Shown: positions 17,242-27,084 of the stretch, in pieces | Numbering within the stretch: the stretch's first letter is position 1 | How the letters are laid out: each line of letters begins with the position of its first letter | Origin: Conexibacter sp. | GTDB taxonomy: Bacteria; Actinomycetota; Thermoleophilia; Solirubrobacterales; Solirubrobacteraceae | DNA: 64,000 nucleotides | Assembly: GCA_025964325.1 (NCBI GenBank) | Contig: JAOPZA010000174.1 | Coordinates: 3,327 to 67,326, forward strand | Direction: 5' to 3' | Position numbers and translations under genes: made by a program | The notes under the pieces: model-generated | What the model was told of the DNA's origin: nothing | Seen by the model: only the letters and a program-made list of their open reading frames with translations | The model's database searches: none

Positions 17242-17667
17242 ATGCGCAAGCTGATGGTCGGGGTGCTCGGCGTCGCCACGCTGATCGCGGGGTGCGGCTC
17301 GTCGAGCGACTACCAGAACAAGCCCCGTCCACCGGCGCTTGCGAACGTGACGGTCAACGTCACGAACGCGCGCGTCTCGGTCTCCCCCTCCCACATCGGC
17401 GCGGGCCCCGTCGTCCTGATCGTCTCGAACGTCAGCTCCGGCTCGCGCGACCTCACGCTCGTGGCGCCCGAGGGCTCCGACAGCTCGTGCGTGGACGCGA
17501 GCGCCTCGAGCGGGCCGATCAACCCGCAGGGGACGGCACGCCTGCCGCTCGAGCTCGTCGAGGGCGACTGCATCGTCAGCGTGCGCGGCGAGCGAAGGAC
17601 CAGACCGGCGCGGCTGACGGTCTCCAGAGAGCGGGAGAGCGCCCAGTCGGACCTGCTGCAGCCGTAG
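17242..17667 (+). CDS. Hypothetical lipoprotein
   Basis: MRKLMVGVLGVATLIAGC lipobox; GGGAG upstream. Confidence 0.75.
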   Translation: MRKLMVGVLGVATLIAGCGSSSDYQNKPRPPALANVTVNVTNARVSVSPSHIGAGPVVLIVSNVSSGSRDLTLVAPEGSDSSCVDASASSGPINPQGTARLPLELVEGDCIVSVRGERRTRPARLTVSRERESAQSDLLQP

Positions 17668-17713
17668 GTCGAGCCGCCCGGCGAACGCGCTACCGTGCCG
17701 GGCGGTTTCCGCG

Positions 17714-18652
17714 ATGCACGTCCTCGACACCATCGACGATCGGCAGATCGACGAGCTGACCGCTCGTCACGAGTTCTTCTGGCTCGACGTCGTGGGCGCG
17801 AGCGACGAGCGGATCCGGGCGCTCGGGAGACACTTCGGCTGGCACCCGCTCGTCGTCCAGGACACGATCGAGTTCCGCCAGCGGCCGAAGCTCGACCGCT
17901 ACGACGATCAGATGCTGATCGTCTTCTACGGCGCCAAGCACCTCCACGCGGAGGAGCCGGAGCTGATCGAGGTGCACGTGATCGTGAGCGGCGACTGGGT
18001 CGTGACGGTCCGGCGCTCGGGCTGCGACGACCTCGACGACCTGCGCAAGCGCATCACCGCAGACGAGAGCGCCGGCGAGCAGTTCGTCGTCTACCGCATC
18101 CTCGACACGCTCACCGACACGTTCTTCCCGGTGATGGAGAAGATCGACGAGGCGATCGACTCGCTCGAGGATGCGATCGTGCAGAAGCCCGACGACGAGC
18201 AGCTGCAGCAGCTCTTCCGGCTCAAGCGCCGGCTCGTGGCGCTGCGCCGGGTGATCACGCCGCAGCGCGACCTGGCCGCGCGCACGATCGACGAGATCGC
18301 CGAGCTGCCGGGACTCGACCCCGCCTCGCGCGACTACTTCCGCGACGTCTACGACCACCTGATCCGCGTCTCGGACATGGTCGACTCCTACCGCGACCTG
18401 CTGAGCGGCGCGATGGACGTCTACCTCTCGACCGTCTCGAACCGCCTCAACAGCGTGATGAGGCAGCTGACGGTCGTCGCGACGATCTTCCTTCCGATCA
18501 CGGCGCTGACCGGCTTCTTCGGGCAGAACTTCGGCTGGCTCGTGCGCCACATCCAGTCGGAGTCGGCGTTCTTCGGCTTCGGCGTCGGCGGGATCGTGCT
18601 GTCGTTCGTGCTGCTGATGCTGTGGTTCAGGCGCCAGCGGCTGCTGAGCTGA
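17714..18652 (+). CDS. corA: CorA-family Mg2+/Co2+ transporter
   Basis: RPKLDRYDD, FRDVYDHL, SNRLNSVMRQLT, TGFFGQNF (GMN-equivalent as GQN). Confidence 0.92.
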   Translation: MHVLDTIDDRQIDELTARHEFFWLDVVGASDERIRALGRHFGWHPLVVQDTIEFRQRPKLDRYDDQMLIVFYGAKHLHAEEPELIEVHVIVSGDWVVTVRRSGCDDLDDLRKRITADESAGEQFVVYRILDTLTDTFFPVMEKIDEAIDSLEDAIVQKPDDEQLQQLFRLKRRLVALRRVITPQRDLAARTIDEIAELPGLDPASRDYFRDVYDHLIRVSDMVDSYRDLLSGAMDVYLSTVSNRLNSVMRQLTVVATIFLPITALTGFFGQNFGWLVRHIQSESAFFGFGVGGIVLSFVLLMLWFRRQRLLS

Positions 18653-18657
18653 TCGGG

Positions 18658-19440
18658 TCAGGCGACGGCGCGGCGGTCGAAGCCGCGCAGCCCGACGAAC
18701 CAGAACAGCACGAACGAGACGCCGATCCCGAGCGCGATCCAGCCCGCGCCGAGATGCCCGATCGTCGTCAGCGACGCGCGCATCCCCTCGCTGACGTACG
18801 TCATCGGGTTGAAGAGCGTCACGACCTGGAACCAGCGCAGGCGGTCGAGCGCGCTCCAGGGGTAGAACGTCGCGCCGGTGAAGATCAGCGGCGTCAGGAT
18901 CAGCGCGAACATGATCGAGATGCGTTGCGGCTGCACGAGCGTGCCGAGCGTCAGCCCCATCGCCGCCGCCGTGAGCGAGCCGAAGACGGCGACCAGCAGC
19001 AGCGCGCCCCAGGCGACGTGGTGCAGGTCGATGCCGCCCGGCAGGATCAGCGCGCCGAGCGGCAGGATCAGCGCCGCCGCCACGATCGCCCGGAGGGCGG
19101 CGATCAGCATCTTCTGCGCGCCGACCCACGGCACGCCGATCGGCGCCAGCAGGCGGTCCTCGATCTCTCTCGTGAAGGAGAACTCGATCACGAGCGGGAG
19201 CGCCGTGTTCTGCAGCGCGGTCAGCACGAGCGTGAGCGCCATGATCCCGGGCAGCAGCTGCGTCCCGTAGCTGCCCTGCGCCGAGCCGATCTCGGGCAGC
19301 ACGCGGCCGAAGACGAACAGGAAGAAGATCGGCTGCAGCAGCGCCTGGATCAGGAAGCTGGCCGGCTCGCGCCGAACCGTCACCCACAGGTCGCGCATGC
19401 AGAGCGCGAGGAACGTCCGCAGCTGGGAGGAGTCGCTCAT
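18658..19440 (-). CDS. ABC-2 type exporter permease
   Basis: QPIFFLFVFG, REIEDRLLAP, NPMTYVSEGMR. Confidence 0.9.
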   Translation of the reverse strand: MSDSSQLRTFLALCMRDLWVTVRREPASFLIQALLQPIFFLFVFGRVLPEIGSAQGSYGTQLLPGIMALTLVLTALQNTALPLVIEFSFTREIEDRLLAPIGVPWVGAQKMLIAALRAIVAAALILPLGALILPGGIDLHHVAWGALLLVAVFGSLTAAAMGLTLGTLVQPQRISIMFALILTPLIFTGATFYPWSALDRLRWFQVVTLFNPMTYVSEGMRASLTTIGHLGAGWIALGIGVSFVLFWFVGLRGFDRRAVA

Positions 19441-19520
19441 CGCGGAGACCGCCGCGCCCGGAAAGGCGAGCCCCTGGGCGAGCGTTTCCAATGAAGCAAG
19501 GCCTTTGGCCGCAGCTTCAC
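19437..19520 (-). other. 27-aa relay ORF / palindromic insert joining the ATPase stop (GTGA) to the permease start (ATGA)
   Basis: 84 nt, open frame MKLRPKALLHWKRSPRGSPFRARRSPR*; contains hairpin GGAAAGGCGAGCCCCTGGGCGAGCGTTTCC. Confidence 0.45.
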
Positions 19521-20475
19521 CGCATCTCCCGTCCCGTCAGGTGCACGAAGACGTCCTCGAGGCTGCCCTCGAGCCGGCGCAGCTCGACGAGCGCGTGGCC
19601 GTCCGCCTCGGCGGCCGCGAGCGCGGCCGGGGCGAGCCGCTCGCCCCCGCCGTAGACGCGCACGCGCCAGCGGCCCTCGCCGGCCTCCGCCACGTCGACC
19701 TTCTCCGCTCCCGGGAGCGCCGCGAACGGCGCCTCCTGCGGTCGCCCGCCTTCGAGCACGACGTCGATGCCGGCCTCGGCCGGCAGCAGCGTGCGCAGCC
19801 CGCGCGGCGTGTCGAGCGCGATGATCTTGCCGTGATCGACGACCGCGATGCGGTCGCAGAGGCGGTCGGCCTCGACCATGTCGTGCGTCGTAGGAAGAGC
19901 GTCGTGCCGCGCTCGCGCAGGTCGAGCATCGTCTCCCACAGGAACAGCCGCGACTGCGGGTCCAGGCCCGTCGTCGGCTCGTCGAGGAACAGCACCTGCG
20001 GCTGGTGCATCAACGCGCGCGCGATCATCAGCCGCTGCGCCATCCCGCCGGAGTATCTGCCGACCTGCTCGTCCGCGCGATCGGCGAGCCCGAAGCGCGC
20101 GAGCAGCTCCATCGCGCGCTCGCGCCGCTCACGCCGGCCGGCGCCGAAGTAGGCGGCGTGGAAGGTCAGGTTCTCGATCGCGGTCAGCGAGCGGTCGAGG
20201 TTGCTGAGCTGCGGCACGACGGCGATCCTGCGCTTGATCTCGACGGGCTCGCGGCGCACGTCGTGGCCATCGACGATGACCTCGCCGGCGGTCGGCCGCA
20301 CGCGCGTCGTGATGACGCCGATCGTCGTCGTCTTGCCGGCGCCGTTCGGTCCCAGCAGTCCGAAGATCTCGCCCTCGCGCACGGCGAAGTCGATCCCGGC
20401 GACGGCGTCGGGGCCGTCGGCGCGGTAGCGCTTGCGCAGGCCCGCGACCTGCACGATCTCACGCTGCTCGGTCAT
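19517..20475 (-). pseudogene. ABC exporter ATP-binding protein split by an apparent 1-bp deletion
   Basis: GPNGAGKTT, YSGGM and LDEPT in one frame; THDMVEADRLCDRIA in another; junction CTC TTC CT_ ACG ACG CAC near 19892. Confidence 0.85.
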
Positions 20476-20575
20476 GCGCAGGACCCTACGCGACCGCCCG
20501 GCGGGGAACCGGCTGCGCGCGCGCCACCGCGGGTCTATCGTTCGCCGCCGATCTGCCGACGACGGAGGAGTGCTT

Positions 20576-21832
20576 GTGGCTGTTGACGTGAGCCAGGTCG
20601 CGACGGTCGCGACCGAGCCGGGGACGCTCCCGGAGACGATGACCGCATGGGTGATCCGCGAGGAGCGCCTGGGCGAGCCGCGCGACGCGTTCCAGCTCGA
20701 GGAGATCGAGACGCCCGCCCCGGGCGCGTTCGAGGTCGTCGTACGCGTCATGGCCGCCGGCGTCAACTTCAACAACGTCTGGGCCGCGCTCGGCGAGCCG
20801 GTCTCGGTGATGAAGTACGGCGACCATCCCCAGTACGGCCACCACATCGGCGGCTCGGACGCCTCCGGAGTCGTCTGGAAGGTCGGCGAGGGCGTGACGC
20901 GCTGGAAGCCGGGCGACGAGGTCGTCGTGCACTGCAACCAGGCCTCCTACGAGGATCCCGAGGTGCACGGCCTCGACCCGCTCGCCGCGCCGTCGCAGAG
21001 CATCTGGGGCTACGAGACGACCTGGGGGTCGTTCGCGCAGTTCTGCAGAGTGCAGGCCCAGCAGCTGCTGCCGAAGCCGGCGGCGCTGTCGTGGGAGGAG
21101 GCCGCCAGCTACGGCCTCACCTACTTCACCGCCTACCGCATGCTGCTCGACCAGGCCGCGCTGCAGGCCGGCCACCGCGTGCTGATCTGGGGCGCGGCCG
21201 GCGGCCTCGGCGTCTTCGCGACGCAGCTCTGCGCGCTGACCGGCGCGCAGTCGGTCGGCGTCGTCTCCTCGGCCGAGAAGGGCGAGCTGGTGAAGAGACT
21301 CGGAGCCGTCGACTACATCGACCGCAACGAGTTCAAGGGCATGATGCGCCGCGGCGGCGAGTCGCCGGAGGAGGAGAAGGCGCGCTTCAAGGAGTCGCGC
21401 CGCTTCTGCAAGGCGGTCGAAGAGCGCCTGGGCGGCCCGCCCGATATCGTCTTCGAGCACGTCGGCAGAGCGACGTTCCCGACCTCGGTGCTCGCGGTGA
21501 GACCGTTCGGGAGAGTCGTCATCTGCGGCGCGACCTCGGGCTACCAGCTCGACTTCGACGTGCGGTACCTCTGGATGCGACAGAAGCAGATCATCGGCTC
21601 TCACTTCGCCAACGCCTGGGAGGCGACGAAGGCCAACGAGCTGATCGAGCAGTCGCTCGTCCGGCCGGTCCTGTGGCAGACGATGGGCTTCGAGCAGGTG
21701 GCCGAAGCGCACCAGTTACTTCGAGACAACAAGCACCTCGGCAAGATCGCGATCCTCGTCGGCGCCACCGCCGAAGGACAGGGCAAGACCGCCGACGGGC
21801 CGGGTGCGATCCGAGCAGAGGTTGGTGCGTAG
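20576..21832 (+). CDS. ccr: Crotonyl-CoA carboxylase/reductase
   Basis: MAAGVNFNNVWAALG, HIGGSDASGVVW, IWGYET, YLWMRQKQIIGSHFAN; GGAGG RBS. Confidence 0.93.
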   Translation: MAVDVSQVATVATEPGTLPETMTAWVIREERLGEPRDAFQLEEIETPAPGAFEVVVRVMAAGVNFNNVWAALGEPVSVMKYGDHPQYGHHIGGSDASGVVWKVGEGVTRWKPGDEVVVHCNQASYEDPEVHGLDPLAAPSQSIWGYETTWGSFAQFCRVQAQQLLPKPAALSWEEAASYGLTYFTAYRMLLDQAALQAGHRVLIWGAAGGLGVFATQLCALTGAQSVGVVSSAEKGELVKRLGAVDYIDRNEFKGMMRRGGESPEEEKARFKESRRFCKAVEERLGGPPDIVFEHVGRATFPTSVLAVRPFGRVVICGATSGYQLDFDVRYLWMRQKQIIGSHFANAWEATKANELIEQSLVRPVLWQTMGFEQVAEAHQLLRDNKHLGKIAILVGATAEGQGKTADGPGAIRAEVGA

Positions 21833-21872
21833 CGGCTCCGCCCGCGCGCACGAGCCCAGGAGGTAGTGAGTC

Positions 21873-22223
21873 ATGGCCGGTGTCGTTCACATTCCGTGGT
21901 ACGCAACGCTCTTCCGCGGCGACAGATTCGCCGCGGCGATCGCCGAGCCGGCGGCCGCCGCGCTGCGCTACAACGCGACGCGCTACACCGTGCACCGCTC
22001 GCGCGACGACGCGTACAGATTCGACCACATGATCTGGTTCGAGGACAAGCTCGACTGGCTGCGCTACTGGGAGGGCCCGGAGATGAGCCACTTCCGCGCC
22101 TCCTACTCGGGCTGGTACCAGGTGCCGGTGCTCTACTACTGGGCCGACGAGGTCGTCTTCGACGCGATCGAGGAGAGCGGCGTCGACGCTGCGGCGACCC
22201 CGGAGCCGGCGCCCAGCGCCTAG
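21873..22223 (+). CDS. Hypothetical protein (ABM/dimeric alpha-beta barrel-like), 116 aa
   Basis: GGAGG-like RBS; VHIPWYATLFRGD...WFEDKLDWLRYWEGPE. Confidence 0.75.
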   Translation: MAGVVHIPWYATLFRGDRFAAAIAEPAAAALRYNATRYTVHRSRDDAYRFDHMIWFEDKLDWLRYWEGPEMSHFRASYSGWYQVPVLYYWADEVVFDAIEESGVDAAATPEPAPSA

Positions 22224-23425
22224 GCGGCGGAGGGCGGCGGCGGGCTGTGCGGTTCGGAGATGCGGAGCGCCAGCTCGAGCTCGAAGCGGCGCTGCGGCAC
22301 CTCCAGCGCGTCGCCGAACAGCTCGCGCAGCCGTCCGAGGCGGTAGCGGACGGTCTGCGGGTGGACGTGCAGGCGCTCCGCGACGGCCTGCATCCGCCCC
22401 TGCTCCGCGATCCAGGCGCCGAGCGTCGCGATCAGCCGGGCGCGTGAGGCCGGCGAGAGCGGATCGAGCGGGGCGAGCTGCGCGCGAACGAGCTCCTGGG
22501 CGATGCGGCGATCGCTGCGCAGCAGCAGCGCGGCCGCGTGCTCGCCGGCGTCGAGCAGCCCGTGCTGCGCGATCGCCCCCTCGTCCGCCAGCTCAAGCAC
22601 CGCGCGGGCGCGGCCGAGGCTGATCGCCGCGTCGGTCCAGGCGACGGGCGACCCGAGCGCGGCGCGGTGGCGCGGGCCGACCGCGCGCACGAGCTGCTCG
22701 CGCCGGCCGGGCGTCTCGGGGTCCGGCACGAGCGCGCAGACGACCTCGCCGACCGTCTCGGCGATCGCGTCGGCGGGCAGGCGCGGCACGACGCGGGCGC
22801 GCGCGTCCTCGGGGATCGCGAGCGCCGCGAGCGTGCGCGGCAGCGGCCAGCCGGCCGCGTGGGCGACCTCCTCGACGGCGAGCGGGTCGGCCGGCGGATC
22901 GCGCACGAGCAGCCGCACGAGCCGCTGGCGGCGGGCCTGCTCCTCCCCGGCCGCCGCCGACTGCTCGAGCGCGTAGCCCTCGGCCGACTTCGCCGACAGC
23001 TCGTCGATGTAGGCGAAGATCGAGTCGGCCAGCCCGTAGAGCGTCTGGGCGTCGAGGCCGGCGGCCGAGCCGGTCGCGGCGAAGCGGCGCCAGGCGACCC
23101 GCGCGCCGACGCGATACGCGCTCAGGAGCGCCTCGAGGCTCCGGCCGGCGCGCACCTCGCCGCGGCCGAGATCGACGTACACGCGCGAGCGCGGCATCTG
23201 GCCGCCCGCCTCGATCCCGTCGACGAACTGGCGCAGCGCCTCCTCGACGCCGACCACCAGCCCGCGCCCGAACGGGCCCGACAGCGGCCGAGCATAGGCC
23301 GGCACCTCGACGCGGAGCGCGGCGATGATCTCGCGCGCGAGATCGGGCAGCTCGGGACGCAGCGCGGCGGCGGCTTGGCGCGGGAGCGCGTGCCAGGGTC
23401 GGAGGGTGCTCTTGCTCGGCGGCAT
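22220..23425 (-). CDS. PucR/CdaR-family transcriptional regulator
   Basis: GRSLEALLSAYRVGARVAW; C-terminal LHVHPQTVRYRLGRLRELFG. Confidence 0.9.
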   Translation of the reverse strand: MPPSKSTLRPWHALPRQAAAALRPELPDLAREIIAALRVEVPAYARPLSGPFGRGLVVGVEEALRQFVDGIEAGGQMPRSRVYVDLGRGEVRAGRSLEALLSAYRVGARVAWRRFAATGSAAGLDAQTLYGLADSIFAYIDELSAKSAEGYALEQSAAAGEEQARRQRLVRLLVRDPPADPLAVEEVAHAAGWPLPRTLAALAIPEDARARVVPRLPADAIAETVGEVVCALVPDPETPGRREQLVRAVGPRHRAALGSPVAWTDAAISLGRARAVLELADEGAIAQHGLLDAGEHAAALLLRSDRRIAQELVRAQLAPLDPLSPASRARLIATLGAWIAEQGRMQAVAERLHVHPQTVRYRLGRLRELFGDALEVPQRRFELELALRISEPHSPPPPSAA

Positions 23426-23510
23426 TCTTATGCGAAAGCTACAACTTCTCGGCGACGAGACTTGGCCCACAGACGAGGACAGCGCGGTATTTGGTGCTTA
23501 CCCTCCAATG

Positions 23511-24413
23511 ATGACCCGCGTACACCGCATCACCAACCTCCTCGCCGTCGTCCTGCCGTTCATCGCGTTCATCGCAGCGATCGCGCTGCTGTGGAACCGC
23601 GCGGTGGGTCCGACCGACCTCGCCATCATGGCGGTCCTCTACTTCTCGACCGCGATCGGGATCACCGTCGGCTACCACCGCCTCTTCACGCACCGCGCGT
23701 TCGAGACCTCGACGCCGGTCCGCGTGGCATTCGCGATCCTCGGCTCGATGGCCGTCGAGGGCAGCACGATCACGTGGGTCGCCGACCATCGCAGACACCA
23801 CGCCTTCACGGACGAAGAGGGCGATCCGCACAGCCCCCACGTCGGCCGCAGACCGGGCGTCCTCGGCGCGATCCACGGCCTCTACCACGCCCACGTCGGC
23901 TGGATGCTGAGCGGCAGACACGGCCGCGCGTCGGCGCACCGGTTCGCGCCCGACCTCGTGAAGGACAAGCCGATCCGCTGGGTCGACCGCATGTTCCTCT
24001 ACTGGGTCGCGCTGACGCTGACGCTGCCCGCGGTGGCCGGCTTCGTCCTCAGCGGGTTCTCGCTCGTGGGCGCCGCGACCGGCCTGCTGTGGGGCGGCTT
24101 GGTGCGGATCTTCATGCTCCATCACGTCACCTGGAGCATCAACTCCGTCTGCCACTTCTTCGGCAGCCGCCGCTTCGACATCGACGACGAGTCGCGCAAC
24201 GTCTTCTGGCTCGCGCTGCCGTCGCTCGGCGAGGCCTGGCACCACAACCACCACGCCTTCCCGACCTCGGCGTTCCACGGCCTCAAGCCGATCGAGAAGC
24301 TGGCCGACCCGACCGGCCTGCTGATCGCCACGATGGAGAAGGTCGGCCTCGTCTGGAACGTCGTGCGGGTCAGCCCGGAACGGCAGGCGCAGAAGGCGAT
24401 CGTCGGCGTCTGA
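23511..24413 (+). CDS. Acyl-CoA (delta-9 type) fatty acid desaturase
   Basis: His boxes GYHRLFTH, DHRRHH, GEAWHHNHH; TACCCT 6 nt upstream. Confidence 0.93.
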   Translation: MTRVHRITNLLAVVLPFIAFIAAIALLWNRAVGPTDLAIMAVLYFSTAIGITVGYHRLFTHRAFETSTPVRVAFAILGSMAVEGSTITWVADHRRHHAFTDEEGDPHSPHVGRRPGVLGAIHGLYHAHVGWMLSGRHGRASAHRFAPDLVKDKPIRWVDRMFLYWVALTLTLPAVAGFVLSGFSLVGAATGLLWGGLVRIFMLHHVTWSINSVCHFFGSRRFDIDDESRNVFWLALPSLGEAWHHNHHAFPTSAFHGLKPIEKLADPTGLLIATMEKVGLVWNVVRVSPERQAQKAIVGV

Positions 24414-24431
24414 GCGGGTCCGGGCGTGCGC

Positions 24432-24460
24432 GCCGGCGGCGGGCTCAGCTCGCCGCCGGC
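24432..24460 (+). terminator. Hairpin after the desaturase stop
   Basis: GCCGGCGGCG / CGCCGCCGGC 10-bp stem. Confidence 0.55.
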
Positions 24461-24487
24461 CTTCTCGCCCTACGATGTGCGAACGAC

Positions 24488-24513
24488 ACCGCGACCGGCG
24501 AGCCGGTCGCGGT
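24488..24513 (+). promoter_or_regulatory. Perfect 12-bp hairpin followed by TTCTGTT just before the next start codon
   Basis: ACCGCGACCGGC-GA-GCCGGTCGCGGT; TACGAT -10-like hexamer at 24471-24476. Confidence 0.45.
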
Positions 24514-24524
24514 TTCTGTTCCAC

Positions 24525-25670
24525 ATGACCCGTATTCGCGCCTTCCTCCCCCCGCTCGCCGCCGGCCTCACGCTCGCCGCCGCGCTCGCGGCCCCGGCCT
24601 CCGCCGCCGCCTCCTCGGTCGTCCGCGTCGAGGACGGCACGCTCTTCTTCAGCGGCGTTCCGGCCGAGCCGAACAACATCACCGTCTCGCACGTCGCCGG
24701 CCAGCTGCGGATCGACGAGAACGCAAGCCGCATGGGCGCCGTCGCGCCGTGCGTGCTGTCGCGCGAGGGCTATCGCGTCGAGTGTCCGGATCGCGGGATC
24801 GTGCGACTCAGAATCCGCACCAGCCCGCTGATGGGCAGCGACGTCCGGGTGCTGACCGGCCTCCCGGCCGACATCAAGGGCGGCGCCAGCGACGACACGC
24901 TGATCGGCGGGCCCGGCGACGACACGATCGACGGCGGCCGCGGGCTCGACGTGATCGGCGGCGGCGGCGGCGCCGACGTGCTGCGCGGCACGAGCGAGAC
25001 GCTCGTCACCTACGTCGATCGGATCGCCGCCGACGGCACGCTGCTGCCGCGCCCGACGAGTGTCACCGTGCGCCCGGGCGTCGCCGGCGGCAGCGGTGGA
25101 CGCGGCGAGCACGACTCGATCGCCAAGTCGGTCGGTCAGCTCGAGGGCACCTCCGCCTCCGACGTCTTCTACGTGCGCGACGACCGCGCGCAGGCGATCA
25201 GCTGCGGCGGCGGCAACGACCTCGTGTACGCCGACCCGCGCGACAGCGTCGCGATCGACTGCGAGCGCGTCGACGTCGCGCCGGCGCGCGGCGCGGCGCG
25301 GATGACGATCCCCACGCTCGCCTTCCCCTTCCCCAGCAGCACCGACCGCGGCCGCAGCGACGTCAACGTCGGGCCCGTGCTGCCGGTCTCCCAGAACGCC
25401 GTCGTCGTCCACGTCAGCTGCCCGGTCGCGATCGGGCTGCTGGCGGCCGACGGCCCGGGCTGCAGTGGCCGCGTGCGGATCGCCCGCGGCACGACGACGC
25501 TCGGCACGCAGCGCATCGCCGTCGCGCGCGGACGCACGACGACGGTCAAGGTGCCGCTGAGCGCCTCGCGCGCGCTCGCGCGGAGCTCCGGCGGCCTGTC
25601 GATCACGGCGACGGCGCTGCCCGACCGCGGCCACGTCGAGCGGACGATCCACTTCACCGTGAAGGGCTAG
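24525..25670 (+). CDS. Secreted protein with RTX/haemolysin-type Ca-binding GGxGxD repeats
   Basis: Signal peptide; GGPGDDTIDGGRGLDVIGGGGGADVLRG; CGGGNDLVYAD...DCE. Confidence 0.8.
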   Translation: MTRIRAFLPPLAAGLTLAAALAAPASAAASSVVRVEDGTLFFSGVPAEPNNITVSHVAGQLRIDENASRMGAVAPCVLSREGYRVECPDRGIVRLRIRTSPLMGSDVRVLTGLPADIKGGASDDTLIGGPGDDTIDGGRGLDVIGGGGGADVLRGTSETLVTYVDRIAADGTLLPRPTSVTVRPGVAGGSGGRGEHDSIAKSVGQLEGTSASDVFYVRDDRAQAISCGGGNDLVYADPRDSVAIDCERVDVAPARGAARMTIPTLAFPFPSSTDRGRSDVNVGPVLPVSQNAVVVHVSCPVAIGLLAADGPGCSGRVRIARGTTTLGTQRIAVARGRTTTVKVPLSASRALARSSGGLSITATALPDRGHVERTIHFTVKG

Positions 25671-25679
25671 ACCGACCCC

Positions 25680-26681
25680 GTGCATCCGGCCAACGGCCCG
25701 CAGCCGTCCCGTCGCGTCCTGATCCTCGCGGCCGGCGGGACGATCTCGATGACCGGCGCGACCGGTTCGAGCGCCACCCCCGACCTCGACGCCGACGCGC
25801 TCGTCGCCGCCGTCGAGGGGCTCTCGGGTCGCAGCGGCTTGAGTGCGCGGACGGTCATCAACGTCCCCAGCGCGCACCTGACGCTCGACGATCAGCTCGC
25901 GATCTGCCGCGAGGCCCGCGACGCCGCGCGCAAGGGGATCGGCGTCGTCGTGACGCACGGCACCGACTCGCTCGAGGAGACGGCGATGCTGTGCGACGTG
26001 ATCCACGACGCGGACGCGCCGATCGTCTTCACCGGCGCGATCCGGCCGGCCTCCGCGCCGGGGGCGGACGGGCCCGCCAACCTGCTCGACGCGATCTCCG
26101 TCGCGGCCAGCGAGGAGGCCGGCGGGATGGGGGTGCTGGTCGTCTTCGGCGGCGAGATCCACCACGCCCGCTGCGCACGCAAGACCGACACGACGTCGCT
26201 GACGGCCTTCTCCTCGCCGCAGACCGGTCCGCTCGGGCGCGTCACCGAGGCGCACCCGACGATCTGGTCGCGGCTGCCGCGCAACCCGCCGCTCGACCCG
26301 CCGAATCTCGGCAAGCGCGTGCTGATCGTGCCGACCGCCTCCGGCGACGACGGCACGCTCGCCCGCGCGGCGCTCTCGACCGAGCCCGACGGCGTCGTGA
26401 TCGGGACGCTCGGCGCCGGTCACCTGGCGCCGCCGCTGCTCGATCTGTGGGCCGAGGCGGCCGAGCGGATCGCCGTGATCGCCTACTCGCGGCCGGAGCG
26501 CGGCGTCGTCCTGACCGGGACCTACGGCTACGCCGGCTCGGAACGCGACCTGCGCGGCACGAACGTCATCCCGGTCGGGTTCCTCTCGCCGCAGGCGGCG
26601 CGGATGAAGCTGCTCGCCTGCCTCGCCGCCGGCCTCGCGATCGACGAGGTGCGGTGGGCGTTCTCACAAGACGACGGGTGA
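25680..26681 (+). CDS. Asparaginase/glutaminase family protein
   Basis: GGTISM, VVTHGTDSLEET, IVFTGAIRP. Confidence 0.88.
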   Translation: MHPANGPQPSRRVLILAAGGTISMTGATGSSATPDLDADALVAAVEGLSGRSGLSARTVINVPSAHLTLDDQLAICREARDAARKGIGVVVTHGTDSLEETAMLCDVIHDADAPIVFTGAIRPASAPGADGPANLLDAISVAASEEAGGMGVLVVFGGEIHHARCARKTDTTSLTAFSSPQTGPLGRVTEAHPTIWSRLPRNPPLDPPNLGKRVLIVPTASGDDGTLARAALSTEPDGVVIGTLGAGHLAPPLLDLWAEAAERIAVIAYSRPERGVVLTGTYGYAGSERDLRGTNVIPVGFLSPQAARMKLLACLAAGLAIDEVRWAFSQDDG

Positions 26682-26698
26682 TGGCTGGCGCCATCACC
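26677..26698. repeat. Hairpin, 9-bp stem with TGGC loop, overlapping the asparaginase stop
   Basis: GGTGATGGC-TGGC-GCCATCACC. Confidence 0.6.
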
Positions 26699-26778
26699 TC
26701 GTGACGGCGTCCACGCGCGGAGCACCGCGGACCGATGCGTGCCGTACGGGCCGTGGCGAGCAGCGCGGACGGTGCTGG

Positions 26779-27069
26779 TCAGCCCTGTTCGAGGGGCGCC
26801 ATCGTCAGTCCCGCTCCCTGCAGCTGCTCCCAGTAGAGCTCGGCCGGCTCCTTCTGGCCGGTCCACACGATCGCCTGACCTGAGCGGTGGATCTGGTCGG
26901 CGAACTGGTAGCCGCGGTCGACGTTGACGCCGGGGATGTAGCGGGCCAGCGTCACGGCGACGTGGTCGAACGTGTTGTGGTCGTCGTTGCGCACGATCAC
27001 GCGCCAGTTGCCGCCGACGCCGCTGCCGGGACCCTGGACGCGTGGGCGCTCGATCGTCTGCGAACCCAT
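26779..27069 (-). CDS. clpS: ATP-dependent Clp protease adaptor ClpS
   Basis: VIVRNDDHNTFDHV, ADQIHRSGQAIVW, AELYWEQL. Confidence 0.9.
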   Translation of the reverse strand: MGSQTIERPRVQGPGSGVGGNWRVIVRNDDHNTFDHVAVTLARYIPGVNVDRGYQFADQIHRSGQAIVWTGQKEPAELYWEQLQGAGLTMAPLEQG

Positions 27070-27084
27070 CCTCGCGGACGATAG

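Noticed and set aside
19885-19900. Programmed ribosomal frameshifting at either split gene (19892, 35827)
   Set aside because: No slippery heptamer or homopolymer run at either site; mutation or sequencing error is more parsimonious.
25960-25985. Asparaginase HGTDS instead of HGTDT
   Set aside because: The catalytic Thr of HGT is intact; a conservative change at a variable site.
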